Positions 24,447 through 36,381 of a stretch of DNA of 64,000 nucleotides are shown one piece after another. The notes beneath the pieces are model-generated. The model did not search any database. It saw only the letters and a program-made list of their open reading frames with translations, and was not told where the DNA came from. The stretch covers positions 124,001 through 188,000 of the forward strand of contig BQFW01000012.1 in NCBI GenBank assembly GCA_020891255.1, written 5' to 3'. This DNA comes from Entomortierella parvispora E1425. Taxonomy: Eukaryota > Fungi > Mortierellomycota. Positions within the stretch are counted from its first letter, which is position 1, and each line of letters starts with the position of its first letter. The translations under genes and the position numbers were made by a program.

Positions 24447-26228
24447 AAACGACACGCGAGAAGAGAAGCAATGGAGACTTTTTGTCACCCGGAATGCCAA
24501 TCGCTTTGCCTTTTCCGTTCCCCCGAAAGCAATGCCTGCCGAGGGGCCCTGGAAGAGTGGAATCATCAAAGACGTCCTTGCTTGCAGACACCACCTCGTT
24601 TTTGTACTCTACGATATGGCAATGGGCGCCCTTCTTAACAGCTTGTCTCCCTACGGAATGATACGCGCTTTGGCTCGTCTTTTGTCTGGTCACTCGACTC
24701 TGTTCTCCTTTCACCCCTCTTTTTATTTTTATGGCCAAACCTTCTATAATACAAGATCTGACTTTCTGTTGTTTTTTATCTCTTTCTCGCTGCTCGCATG
24801 GATCAATTGGACTCTTTGGATCGATCAAACAAAAAAAAAAAAAAAACCACTAGAATTGATCTCGCAGGCTGACATCACCACCGTATCAGCAAAGGGTATC
24901 CGGAGAAAGATTGAAACTCTCACCAATTCGAGTCTGGACCATGTCAAGCGGGAGTTTGATGAGCTAGTCATGGAGATCTATGAAAAGATCACCGACGATG
25001 TGAGTTGCTTTTGTTGTTGTTTTTTCGCTTGGATGACAGAGAAGAGGCTGATCTGATAGGAGAAATCGTGTCGTCCAACGTTCGCCCTTGGGGATGTGTG
25101 GGGGGAGAAAAGAGAGGGGGGGAAGGGGATCTCACGTTTTTGAGTTGGTCACACCTCAATTAAACATCTTTTTTTTTTTTTTTATATCTGCGTCTTTTTT
25201 TGCTCATCTGCTCCATTTTGGCGTGGGACGGATGAACCAGATTGAGCGCGCTGTCCTTAACGGCAACGGCCCAACAACTCAACAACCTCAATTGAACCAC
25301 GGACAGAGTCAACAACAACAACAACCACAAAAGATCGCTGTACCACCGTCACAACCACGTCCTGCACAGATGAGCATGCCAACACCAATACAGACCCCTG
25401 CTCCATCCTTTGGACTCGCCCTTCCACCCACCTCCTATGTCGCACCCAAGATTGAAGTCAAGGAAGAAAAACCACACGTCCCTTCCAAACCGCCCAAGAG
25501 CAGTGCTGTCAATGGCAAGAAGCGACCTGTCAAGAAGGAAGAATCAGACGATGAATCGGACGCCTCTATCTCTTCTGTGGAGGACGAGAGCCCAAGATCG
25601 AAAAAGGCACGAAAGTCTTCATCTCCAGCCGCCAAAAAGAAGTCTTCGTCTAAAAAATCAAAGGACAAGGAAAAGGGAGACAAGCCCAAGCGGAAACCAG
25701 CCTTGAACCCGGATGGAACCCCAAAGACCAATGCTTTCACGCGGCCCTTGATCATCAGCAACGATCTTGCCAGCGTCGTAGGAAGTGCAGGAACCGTGGG
25801 AGCATCTGGACAGATCGAGGTAATGGATCTCGTCGACGAGCATTGAAAACCATGAAAGAGGATCTGATAACTATGAGCTGTTGGATTTTAACGCTCACTC
25901 TTTCTTTTTTTTTTTTTTTTTTTTTGGGAATGTAGATGTCTCGTCCAGAGGTGGTGAAGCAGATCTGGGTGTACATCAAAGCCAACAACCTTCAGTCCGA
26001 AGGCGGTAAGTTCACTCAGATTGAAATTTGGGATGGTGGACGCTTCGTGGCAACAGTCTTCTAATGAACTCTTATCTTCTCCCCATAGACAAACGTGTGA
26101 TCAATTGTGATAGCAAACTGAAGAACCTCTTTGGACTGGAACAGGTCAATTGCTTCTCCATGAACAAGTACTTGAGCGCACACTTGACCAAACCAGAGGA
26201 GGCTCCCTCGGCAGCAGCGACGACCTAA
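24358..26228 (+). CDS. UAF30: DEK_C + SWIB/MDM2 domain protein (upstream activation factor subunit Uaf30/Spp27/Tri1-like)
   Basis: DEK_C: ELISQADITTVSAKGIRRKIE. SWIB: NAFTRPLIISNDLASVVG...MSRPEVVKQIWVYIKANNLQ...DKRVINCDSKLKNLFG..VNCFSMNKYLSAHL. Canonical introns. Confidence 0.85.
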
Positions 26229-27584
26229 GGTAGCCTCCCTGTCGACGTCTTTTTGAATATTTTGTCAATTACCCTTTGCCCTACTGCGAATCCTCCAAAT
26301 GGAAAAATCTCTGGTCCCCTCTCTTACTCTTCCCTTGCTCGACAGTTTTTGAATAAAGTCGAGTATTCAAATGCTGAGTTTTGGATGTGCTGCGAGAAGG
26401 CAATCAGGGGTGGCACGAGTTCGGCCACCTATGGTGGTCCATCCATTTTGGCCCACCAAGTCCACCCGAGCTATTTTTTTTTTTTGTTTGTTCCCTATTT
26501 CTCTTTTCCCTTATGTATGTCCTTGTTTTCTTCCTTGTTGCTTTCCTTGCTTGCAACAATCGCATTCTCTTCTATCCGAGTTGCAATTGCAGCTCCCATG
26601 CTTTAATGCCATGAAACTCTCGGACAACAATAAACTTGGCACAGGTAGGACTGGAGGGGTATATCATCCACCCCTGAATTACGAACGGATCCTGCCTCTC
26701 AGAGTTCGCATCATTGCAGAGTAACCCATCTCTGCTCTAGTACCGCCTACGGATCTTCGTCGATGACAGACCGGCCGTTTTTTCTATCGCTGAGGTTGAC
26801 TCTATTTACAAAGATTTTCCAGCGGGGCAGGACGGATTCACTTTTTTTATCTTTTATTCTTCATCAACAAGCACTCCTTCCTCTCTTGTCCTGTCTGTCG
26901 GCGTCGCGTGCTTGGACGGAACAATTTGTTATTCTATGATTCTTCAAGTTTTCCTCACGCAAAAAAAATAAATAAATAAACTTATAAAATAAAGATCAGC
27001 ATTCCAGTCATCGCTCCTCAGCGCTGCTCCGGCCGTTTCCCCGCGAGATTTCGATGATAAGGGAGACATGGCCTTCGTCAATCGACTTTTAACGAAATCA
27101 AAGTAGGCGGTGGGTGGTCACCCCCCTAGCACCAACAGCAAGTGTCGTCCACAATACAGAGTCGATAGACATCCCCCTACGGTCGATCGCGACTTGCCTC
27201 TTTACCTTGTCCTTCAACCATACGCCCATTTTTTGAAAACCAATTGTTTGAAATTAACTCGGGACAGCTGCCACCACAAGCTATTTGCGGTATCGTCCAT
27301 GGGGATGAATTTGGGGCTGCCCGGACTGAGCAACAGCACTTGGCTGACATCACAGTCGACCCGCACTAGATGACATTGGCAGAGCATTCGATCGGTCTTG
27401 AGTCGAGTGATCGTGGCAAAGCCGGAAAAAAAAAAGATGCCCCTCGCCCCCGGTATCCCGCATGCATCGATTTTGTTTTATTTTGAAGAACACCCTCGGT
27501 TCCTTAAAAGTTTTTTCTTTCTTTCATCCACCTTCCCACCCAAACTTCCCCTTTTCATCCTCTTCACCTCACATTCCTTTTTCA

Positions 27585-28169
27585 ATGTCAGACTATTCGG
27601 AGGAAGCTGCGATCCTCGAGGAAAAGATCCTGGAAAAGACCTTCTTCTATCTCTCCTTTCTACCCTTCTTCTTTATCATTCCTCAACAGATCGCCGCTCT
27701 CTTCACGCTCAAATGGCTCGGTCTCTCCACAATCGCTGCGTCTGTCGTCACCTCGCTCGCCGTTGTGGCCCCTCTGCCCTATCCACGGCGCCTGCAAGAC
27801 CCATACGGCCAAGTGCTGGCCCTCTATTCCGGTCGAGACAAAGTCAACGAATGTCTGGATCGCCTTCGTGAAGAGATAGCCAAGAGTCCCATTCAGGCCC
27901 ATTATATTTTGACCCATGAATCTTGCACAGCGACGCTCCGACTGCGTCGTCCAGATTATTCAAACCATGCCGCTGCAGACAGAGAAATCACATCGCTGGC
28001 CAGGTTTGTGGATTTATCCCACTTTAAGGGTTCTCAGCGCATTGCATCGGGAGTGGATCTATCCTCATCTGTATGGGAGGCTGACATCTATGCAAGCGTA
28101 TATTGCACAAGAAGCTGGGCAGGTATCGCACGCTGGATCGCCAAACGCCAGATATCGAATTCCTCGTAA
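27585..28169 (+). CDS. Hypothetical membrane protein (194 aa, intronless)
   Basis: ATG follows a pyrimidine-rich leader, with two hydrophobic segments (FFYLSFLPFFFII..., WLGLSTIAASVVTSLAVVAPL). No recognised family. Confidence 0.55.
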   Translation: MSDYSEEAAILEEKILEKTFFYLSFLPFFFIIPQQIAALFTLKWLGLSTIAASVVTSLAVVAPLPYPRRLQDPYGQVLALYSGRDKVNECLDRLREEIAKSPIQAHYILTHESCTATLRLRRPDYSNHAAADREITSLARFVDLSHFKGSQRIASGVDLSSSVWEADIYASVYCTRSWAGIARWIAKRQISNSS

Positions 28170-28450
28170 TGATTTTTTTTTTTTTTTTTTTTTCTTGTCA
28201 AAGGGTCCCTCGCAGGTACGGGGTTTATTGTCTGTTAATTGTAAGTACACATTACGCAGGTGCGCCTGCTCCACCCAAGGGAAACGGACTAAATAAAATG
28301 CTTTTGCATTGCACAACCCGTCTATGACGGCCCATGCACCCTGGTTTCGTAACACCGCGACCAAAGGGCGGGAGCTTCTGGCTTGCTACAGCAAGGCCAG
28401 GTCCAGTCCCCTCTGTGGCATCCGAAAAATTATATTTGGTGGCGTCAATA

Positions 28451-28476
28451 AACACGTGATCAATAAGTCACGTGTT
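28451..28476. promoter_or_regulatory. Inverted pair of CACGTG E-boxes (AACACGTGA-N8-TCACGTGTT) upstream of tRNA-Ser
   Basis: Perfect 9-bp inverted repeat, each arm containing TCACGTG (Cbf1-type bHLH consensus). Confidence 0.4.
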
Positions 28477-28557
28477 ATTTGTGAAATTGAATGGTTCATA
28501 TTCATTCGGAAAATAAATCTTCCATCAAGATCATCCAATAGGATGTTCTTCCGATTC

Positions 28558-28638
28558 GTCAACATGGCCGAGCGGTTAAGGCGTGAGACTAGAAATCTCA
28601 TGGGTTCTCCCGCGCAGGTTCAAATCCTGCTGTTGACG
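28558..28638 (+). tRNA. tRNA-Ser: tRNA-Ser (anticodon AGA)
   Basis: Acceptor stem GTCAACA/TGTTGAC, D-arm GCCGAGCGGTTAAGGC, anticodon arm TGAGA-CTAGAAA-TCTCA, long variable arm, T-arm GCAGG-TTCAAAT-CCTGC, downstream T-run. Confidence 0.97.
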
Positions 28639-29200
28639 CCATCTCTTTTTTGCACTTTTTTTTTGCTTCGGCCTTCAACCTTTCGGCCGCCGTCGCCGAT
28701 GATTGTCTGTTCACCGACGTTTTTTTTTTTTTTTTCTTGTCCACCAAAAACAGCTCTATTTCCTTTACCTCAGACCGTACGAGATGAAGATATGAGGGAT
28801 TCCTCACCATATCGCCACCCTGTGTGCTTTCGCAACGCAAAGACAATGAATGATTTCGGAAAGCCACCATATTGGAGGCGGTTTGGAGGGAGTGGATGTT
28901 TCCATGGTAAGATAATCAACTCCTAGAGCTCGGCACAGGTTTTTGTTTTATTTTTTTAGATCGGCTCAATTACTTCTTATTCGGTCCACCCCCTGTGACC
29001 TACACAGCTACACATTTGGACAAACAGAGAGAACAGGACCCTGCGCAACGGGAAGAAGTTTTCCGTCCGTTCAGAGCTAGCGAACAATCAGCCCTCAGTA
29101 TTAGAATGAGAAAGAAAGGCGAATGCAGCTGTTGTTTTATTAAGATCGGGAGGTACGTAAAGAGTGCGGTTCAGTCCAAGAGGATGGGTACTGTACAAGA

Positions 29201-29992
29201 TCAATTGGTAAGAGTGATTCTCTGACCGAAATGATTCTCGCCACCCGTCTTGACGACTTGCTCAAAGATCCACTCGCCCACATCCTGTCGACCCACCGTG
29301 TAGCCCACCGCAGGGTTCTCTTCGGTGCCGACCCGCAAGTTTTTCCATCCTTGTCCAGTCTTGACGTTGTGATCGCCAGACAGGAGACTAGGTCGAACAA
29401 TGATGGCGCCGCGGAAGACCCCTTTTGGAGACGTGTTCTCCGTCACGATTCTCTCCATCTCCTTCTTGTCCCTGTGTGGATCGGCCAAGATCACTTTGTG
29501 CAGGAACCGGGACATGAACGGCACATCCTCCTTGGTGTCTGAAATGCCCGTGGTCGAGATCACTGTGATCGAGGGCTTGTCCGGAAAGTGAATCTCTGTC
29601 AGTGCCTGAACAATATTCTGGGTGGTTTGGGCACAAATCTCGGGATGGTCGATCGCGACGGGCTTGGTGAGGGATTTGTTCACGGTAGGAGCCCCACCGA
29701 CACCGGAAATGATCTGACGAGCCAGCTCAATATGTTTTGTACGGATGGTGTTGTTGGTCAGGACATCCTTGATGGCGGTCAAGTCGGAAATATCGCCCTT
29801 GATGATAAGCAATTGGTCGTCGAGGACTTCTTGACTGATACCTTGATCAAAGAGCATTTGTGTCAGCTTGACAGGGTCGCGCGCCAAGGCGGTTGCATTG
29901 TATCCGGCATTGAGTGTGTGTACCAAGCAGGCGTTGGTGCAGCCACCAGTGGCTCCAAAGAAGGCAATGAATGGAGTCACTGTAATGGTCAT
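29201..29992 (-). CDS. NAD(P)-binding Rossmann-fold protein (NAD_binding_10/flavin-reductase-like), paralog A
   Basis: IAFFGATGGC nucleotide-binding motif, ALARDPVKL, IIKGDI, IIVRPSLL, YTVGRQDVGEW. Intronless. Confidence 0.85.
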   Translation of the reverse strand: MTITVTPFIAFFGATGGCTNACLVHTLNAGYNATALARDPVKLTQMLFDQGISQEVLDDQLLIIKGDISDLTAIKDVLTNNTIRTKHIELARQIISGVGGAPTVNKSLTKPVAIDHPEICAQTTQNIVQALTEIHFPDKPSITVISTTGISDTKEDVPFMSRFLHKVILADPHRDKKEMERIVTENTSPKGVFRGAIIVRPSLLSGDHNVKTGQGWKNLRVGTEENPAVGYTVGRQDVGEWIFEQVVKTGGENHFGQRITLTN

Positions 29993-30697
29993 TTTTTTGT
30001 GGGGTGAAGTGAGGGAGAAGGTGTTTGGTGGTTGATAGTGGGAGACAGGGCAAAGCAAGATAAAGAGGGGAAGGGGGGAAGAAAGGACAAAAACGGTTGC
30101 TTTTGTACCAAAGTGGCAAAGTGGCTTTCCTGTGGTCCGTGAGCCTTTCTCCCGTCCATGGATCGATCGGGAGAAAAAAAAAAAAGCTGATTTTGGGCTT
30201 GTTTGTTTATTTATCCTTCTTCAATCCTCTTCAAATTCATGGCCTCAGTGCAAAGAGCCAGAGCGCTCACCGTTGCTGCCAACGGCGGTAAAATACCTTT
30301 CCCTTGGCCTTCTTCCCTTTTCGTTTGTGCCACAATTGCATCTCATCTATGCGATCCCCGAATAGCTGTTCCTCGGGACTACAGACGATAGCAGCAAATA
30401 AAGCACCCAGGCTGAGCCGTAGTTTGTCCGACGATGAAAGCTTGGCTGCATGTTTGCTAGGCGACGCGTGCTCTGACCCTGACGTTTGGAACCTTCCTCC
30501 GTTTTGTCCTTTCCAAACAAAAACAAATGACTGCAGACATCACGCACTGTCCGCAACCATGCAACACAACAAAGGGAAAAATAGAAGCAAGAAGGTGTCC
30601 AACTGAACAACCCAAGCTCTCACACTCCTCTGTCTTTTGCAGCGCTCGTAACTTCCTTCTCAGTAATCTCTGCTTTGGGGTCGAATTGTTTTATTAA

Positions 30698-31498
30698 CTA
30701 ATTGGTGAGCGTGATCCTCTGGCCAAGTCTGGATTCGCCTCCAGTCTTGATAATCTCCTGGAAGATCCACTCGCCCACATCCTGCCGCCGCACCGTATAG
30801 CCAATGGCAGGTTTGTCCTCCGTTCCAACCTTTAGTTTCTTCCAGCCCTTGCCGCCCTTGACATCTTGGTCTCCCGTGAGTAAACTGGCTCGGATGACGA
30901 TCACACCTTTGAGGACTCCTTGGCCTTCGGAAGACGTGGCCGCATTCTCGTTCAGAATCTCGTCCATCCGCTTCTTGTCTTGGTGAGGCACCTTCAAAAC
31001 GACATGGTACAAGAACCTGAGTCCAAAAGGCACATCCTCCTTGACATCCGAGATTCCCGTTGATGAAACCACGGTGATTGTGGGTTTGTCGTCATGATGG
31101 AGTTCTGTCAACGCTTGAACAATATTTTGACTGGCCTGCTCACAGACATTAGGATTGTCCATCACCACGGGCTTTGTGACGGATTTGAAAAAGATGGGAG
31201 CTGCCCCGAGTCCAGATACGATCTGAGTAGCCAATTCGACGTGGTCGGTCCCGGCAGTGTTCTTTGTCAGGACAGCCTTGATAGCTGCAATATTGGCGAT
31301 ATCTCCCTTGACTATCGTCAATTGAGAATCGAGGACGGATTGGCTCAGACCCTGTGCAAGAAGCATGGTGGTCAACTTGGTGGGCGTCCGGGCGAGGGCT
31401 GTGGCGTGGAAGCCAGCTTGGAGAGTGTGGGTCAGACAGGCGTTGGTGCAACCACCAGTGGCTCCAAAGAAAGCGATGAGTTGGGAAGGGCTTGACAT
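30698..31498 (-). CDS. NAD(P)-binding Rossmann-fold protein, paralog B
   Basis: Same motifs (IAFFGATGGC, ALARTPTKL, VIRASLL, YTVRRQDVGEW). TATAAAA upstream at ~31635. Confidence 0.85.
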   Translation of the reverse strand: MSSPSQLIAFFGATGGCTNACLTHTLQAGFHATALARTPTKLTTMLLAQGLSQSVLDSQLTIVKGDIANIAAIKAVLTKNTAGTDHVELATQIVSGLGAAPIFFKSVTKPVVMDNPNVCEQASQNIVQALTELHHDDKPTITVVSSTGISDVKEDVPFGLRFLYHVVLKVPHQDKKRMDEILNENAATSSEGQGVLKGVIVIRASLLTGDQDVKGGKGWKKLKVGTEDKPAIGYTVRRQDVGEWIFQEIIKTGGESRLGQRITLTN

Positions 31499-31815
31499 TT
31501 TTTTTGGTATCGAGTTGTTGTGTCACAAGCGGTCACTGTTTTTTAAGCGCTGGGTTGCGATGCTAGGCGGGAGAATAGAGATGAAGAGAAGCTGTTGATG
31601 TAGAAAAGGAGTTGGCTCCGACGAGGTTTACCTTTTATAAGATCTGCCGGGTTCGGCTCATTGTTCACGGAGGTGAGTTTAAATGGATAAACGCGTCAGC
31701 AGCCGAACATTAAGCGAGCGAGCTGCCTGCCAAGACTTTATTTTCTGTTGTCCGAAAAGGTTCCGGTCGATCGCCTGAACAGTCTTCACCCTTTTTTGGG
31801 ATCTATTGTAGAGTC

Positions 31816-31869
31816 GACAGTTGCGACAATTGCGACAACTGCTACAACTGCGACAACTGCGACAATTGC
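31816..31869. repeat. 9-bp minisatellite (GACAAYTGC-like) x6
   Basis: Units gacagttgc/gacaattgc/gacaactgc/tacaactgc/gacaactgc/gacaattgc. Confidence 0.9.
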
Positions 31870-32733
31870 AGCTTTCCAAGAAATGCCAGAAATCCAGGGT
31901 GTTGGCTGTAGCCGCGGTGCGTTTCTTTTTGACAACCATGAAAAAAGCAGAGAGAGAGAAAAAGACCAAAAAAAGACCAAAAAGAGCGATTCGCAAACAC
32001 TGTTATTTTCCGGTCGATCTCCAAAATTCGATTCGCTGAGGGCCAACGGTCAGCTGTTTATGGAGTCTTTGAAAGAGACTCTTCTGCCTACCATGTTTCC
32101 CTTGTTAACAAAAGCATGCCGCACATGCTCGCCGTCTTTGATATCAAAGCCAATTGACCCAAGCAAAAAAAAAAAAAAATGAAAGTGGCCTCCTTTCTTC
32201 AGTGGGACAGCTCTAGACGTTTGAGATACCAGGACATAAAGCCACGGCAAAATAAGAGATCTAGCCGACGAGCATGAGGAGACTTTCCTTTTGGGATCTC
32301 TCGTCCACCAGTTTTCCCTTCCCTCTCTTCCCTTCCCTCTCTTAACCGCCAACTCATTCGGCTCTTAACTACCGAACACGTCCATGACTGTCGATTCTTT
32401 TTTTTTGCCGAACAATAGCCTGCCTCCTTTCTTCGAGGCCAAGAGAATCATTCGATTTTGTCACTTGATTCTCGCTGGAAAGCAGAAAAAAGCAGATGTC
32501 CAGAAAGAATCAAAATGACAGGGTCGGGGCGATTTTTGAAGGACTGTGATGTGAAGCGGTGACGGGGTAGGTCAGTCATGGACGTGCTCGACGATCAGAA
32601 AATGTTAAGGCAGACAAAAGAGCTAAAAGGGAAGGTCCCACCATGGGTCGGCGGAAAACTAACCAACGACACGGTCGTCGATCCCTTCAGGGGCCAAAAA
32701 AAAAACTTGGAGAACCAAGCAAAAGAAGTATCG

Positions 32734-32814
32734 CGTCAACAGCAGGATTTGAACCTGCGCGGGAGAACCCATGAGATTTCTAGTCTCACGCCTTAACCGC
32801 TCGGCCATGTTGAC
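32734..32814 (-). tRNA. tRNA-Ser: tRNA-Ser (anticodon AGA), identical copy in inverted orientation
   Basis: Exact reverse complement of 28558-28638. Confidence 0.97.
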
Positions 32815-33041
32815 TTGAGATACCATAGAGAGCCGATCATTACTGGTTGGAACTCGATATACAACTTCAAGTTCCGAGTCGTCTTTGTTCAAGTTCAAGA
32901 TCAGCATATCACGTGATTTACCAGTTTACACCCTTAATGATATTTCAAGGTGGGCTGGATGCCTGGAGCCAGCCGTGCACGTCGAGGTGAAAAAAGTTGT
33001 CCTTCGAAAGCCAAAAAAAAAAGAGGGTTGTATTCTGGTTC

Positions 33042-34759
33042 CTAGTATATGTCCCATAAGCTAATCCTGTTTTCCTTCCCAGCTGCCGCAATCCAATGAC
33101 GTTGGAACCATTTCTCTTGATTGGCAAGCAACTCTTCCCTATCGCTGTCCTCGTCACTGTTATAATCAGTGTCGCTCTCGTCGTCTTTGTCCGAGTTCAA
33201 GTCATGTTCGTCCCCTTGTTCGCTATCCTGATTGATCTCCCTTGTAGGCGCGTCTGCTTTCCTGTCCGGTTCACTTTGAATGATACGAGCCAGCGCCAGT
33301 CCTTTCAAATCCTCTCTATGGTATTTGAGAACCGCCAGTGGTTTGAGGGACTTGAAAGCAAATACACGAAGCCTGCCATCCCATCCCGCAACAACAACGA
33401 TCTTGCCGTCGCTCCGGATCCTTAATGATCCCCGTCCTCCTGAAGTCTTTAATGATACTTGAAGCGTTTCAGGGACTCCTGGCATGGTGTTCGAGAGCGT
33501 GTACTTGACTAGGGTATTGTCTGCTCCACACGATGCGCCATATCGAAGGTCGTCAGAGATGTCGAGCGAGAGTACTTTTCGGTAAGGAGGGGAGAAAAAG
33601 AAAAAAAAATCAAGTTCAGTATCTTTAACAAAGTCTTGCAGATCCTAGTGTTGGTTGCTGTAGTGTGTTCCTTACCTGGTTCTTTGTGCAATTGAATACT
33701 CCAGACGACATCCATTTTCCTCTTTGATTTCCCGTTGGAATCCCGAGGGGCAGCTACGCTGCCTTCTTCTTCTCGAAAAAGAGTGACCGTCCCGCATTCG
33801 TAACCTGCCAGAATGTGGAGCTGTTTCGGCCGTGATGACAGTTCTGCTTGGTCATCGATCTCCTGCGCCACCTCTTGTTCGGATGGTTGCAGCTGCGTCC
33901 TGAAAATTTGAAGGGCCATCACGGCACTCTGGCCGATTCTTGAAACCGCTGATCCGGCTGTTCCCCCTGAAGTTTGTCGTCCAATGGCGGCAAAAGTTCT
34001 CTCTGGTTTGACAAGATCATACACGTCGATCTTGGACACGTCTGTTGTTGAGGGCACTGCAATGTAGAGATGTTGATAGGCAGCTGCTATCGAATCAATA
34101 TTCAACGATCCTTTGCTATCGTTCACTCCTGTAGTGGAAGATGTTGTTGGCGGGGACAGCTGCGCCTTGACGACCAAGACCGACATGGCGCAAAAGTTGA
34201 GTGCATTGACGGGAAGAGAGTACACAGGCACAGGTTCAGGTACCAAGGAGGCATCGTCCTTGTTTTCTGTCCTTGAGGCATAGCCAGTCCGATCTTTTGA
34301 TCCATGGCTCCTCTCCAAGATTGTCCGAATATCCCAGATATGTATCACATGGTCTCGTCCATGACTTAACAAGAACCCAGCCTCGTCTATCCTCGTTCCT
34401 GAGGTTCTTTTTTTGGCATGACTCTTTTTTGAGCCACAATCATCAGGGTCCAGATGATGTTGTCCAGAGGAACAGGGTACTGCCTTCAAGGCAAGAACAG
34501 AGGAAGAGGGGTGAGCATGCCATTTGATGATTTGTCGCCGCTTCCAGAGGTCCCAGATATAGATCCATCCTTCGTCGTCGCCTGTGGCCAGCAGCGCATT
34601 CGAGTTGAAGAATTCAAGCGAATTGACGGGTGCGTCATGTCCTCGAAAGATGAATGAGGGCGGAGGAGCTGGAGGTGGGGCAGTCGTCGTCGTCGTCGTC
34701 GTCGTCGTAACTATGGCTGATTCGGACGTCGGTGATCGCGAGACCGATTGGTTGGACAT
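33042..34759 (-). CDS. ASA1: WD40 protein Asa1/GNB1L (ASTRA/TTT-associated)
   Basis: PPPSFIFRGHDAPVNSLEF...LATGDDEGWIYIWDL..RR.I.KW.AH, LLSHGRD, LPVNALNFC, IRSDGKIVVVAGWDGRLRVF..KSLKPLAVLKYH, AAGKENRISLWDIY. Confidence 0.85.
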
Positions 34760-34842
34760 GACAGGAAGAAAGAGTTCCACATTCATTGTTCGCGATGCAC
34801 AGCATGAAAAACTGCCTTGCAAGTCAGTCACAGAGCACAGGC

Positions 34843-34873
<31 letters not shown>

Positions 34874-34953
34874 CAGCTTATTTTTTATTACAGGACCTCA
34901 ACTGCTTCCTCGGCAGTCAGATCCTGGCATGAGGTCCCAAAGTATTTTCATAT

Positions 34954-36031
34954 TTAAACGGCCATCTTGGCAGCAAGATCCTCTGCCCGGTCGCGGATCG
35001 TCTTGTCCATGACCACATGCATCTGTTTGCAGCCCTCGCCTGCTAGACTGAGCACCTCCTCCAGCTTATCCACATGTAACCGGGACTCCATCTGCATCAA
35101 TGTGATCTTGCCGCTCTTGGGCAACATTGCAACTGTAACTTCTGAGGTATCTGAGGACTCTTCGATATGGTTGAGATCTAACAAGGAGGAATGAAAGTTA
35201 GATTTCTCCATATACTTTTGTCCTTTTTCCGGAAATCCAAAATTCAGATCCTGAGCACCTACCAATAGCTGCCTCCCGTTCGACCCATCCAGCTGTGCAG
35301 GCGCAAACATAATCTGTCATGGCAATTCCGGCGTCGATCAAAGCCATAGTGGCGGCGTTGATGCAAGCCTGAAGCGTACCACCATCGTGCTGAATAATCT
35401 GAAGATAAATGTCAATCTGAGAACGAGCGTAAAGTGTTGTGACGACAACTGGCTCAAAAGTCTGCTTCACGAACGATGCCATTTCCAAAAGACGCCTAAT
35501 AGCAAAAAAAAATGCAAGGGTTTTAGGAATGGTCCTATTTGAACATTGAACAGTAATTGTAGCAAATGTCGAGTAAACCCCATACTTGTCGTTCTTTGTC
35601 CTCCTCCTTCTCTCTCCTGTGCTGAAAGGTGCTACGTTGAACTCGACATTGATAATGGCGCGATCATGGAGAACCAAGGCACGATGTCTAGCTTCACGAG
35701 GTCCATAAACAGCCGCCAACACCTTGGTGTTTCCGTGCTCCAAGTAGGCAGATCCGTCTGCCTGAGACAGGACTGCTGTTGTGCTGGTGATCTTTCTCAA
35801 TTCTGCTGGGCGACGACCATCAATACGAAGGCCTAAATACAAAGAGAACGTGCAAGGTCTTGTTAGTCGGGCCTTCCAATGACGCGTCTACGGCAGTGAG
35901 CACAGTGGCCAGGGCGGCAAGTCAATAATATTAAAACGTACCCTCAGGGGACAAGAGTTCGACGCGAGACTAATGGTCAAGAGAGTCAAAGTGAGGTCAG
36001 GCAACAGTCATACATTAATATCGTCAGTCAT
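34954..36031 (-). CDS. RRP41: Exosome complex RNase PH-like subunit Rrp41/Ski6 (EXOSC4)
   Basis: MTDDIN|SRVELLSPEG|LRIDGRRPAELR...ADGSAYLEHGNTKVLAAVYGPRE...SQIDIYLQIIQHDGG...INAATMALIDAGI. GT-AG introns. Confidence 0.93.
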
Positions 36032-36381
36032 GGTGTTGAGTTGCTGAGATGCAATTGCTCTTTTGGTGAACAATGTCCTGATCCAATTACCATGTTGCGA
36101 GTATGGTAGACTTTAGTTGGGTGGTGTTATCCGTCTGCTTGTCTGTGGGTTGTACAGGGTCGGGTGAATGTACGATCCAGGAGAGTCGATGAAGTTGCTT
36201 CCAAGAAAGGTTTGCAGGTCAAGGATGCATGCGATGCACCAAAAAAAAAAGAAAAGAAAAGACAAAAAGCCACTGGGGCCACGCGGTGACTGCTTCGTTT
36301 GTTCTCTTCGGTTTGCTCTATGTCCCCTTTTTTTGGAGCACGCCCTTCTTCCCTCCGCACTCACATCTCCTCTCGTTCACC

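Noticed and set aside
31748-32182. 144-aa ORF containing the 9-bp repeat
   Set aside because: No ATG start or domain, and the composition is promoter-like. It is treated as non-coding.
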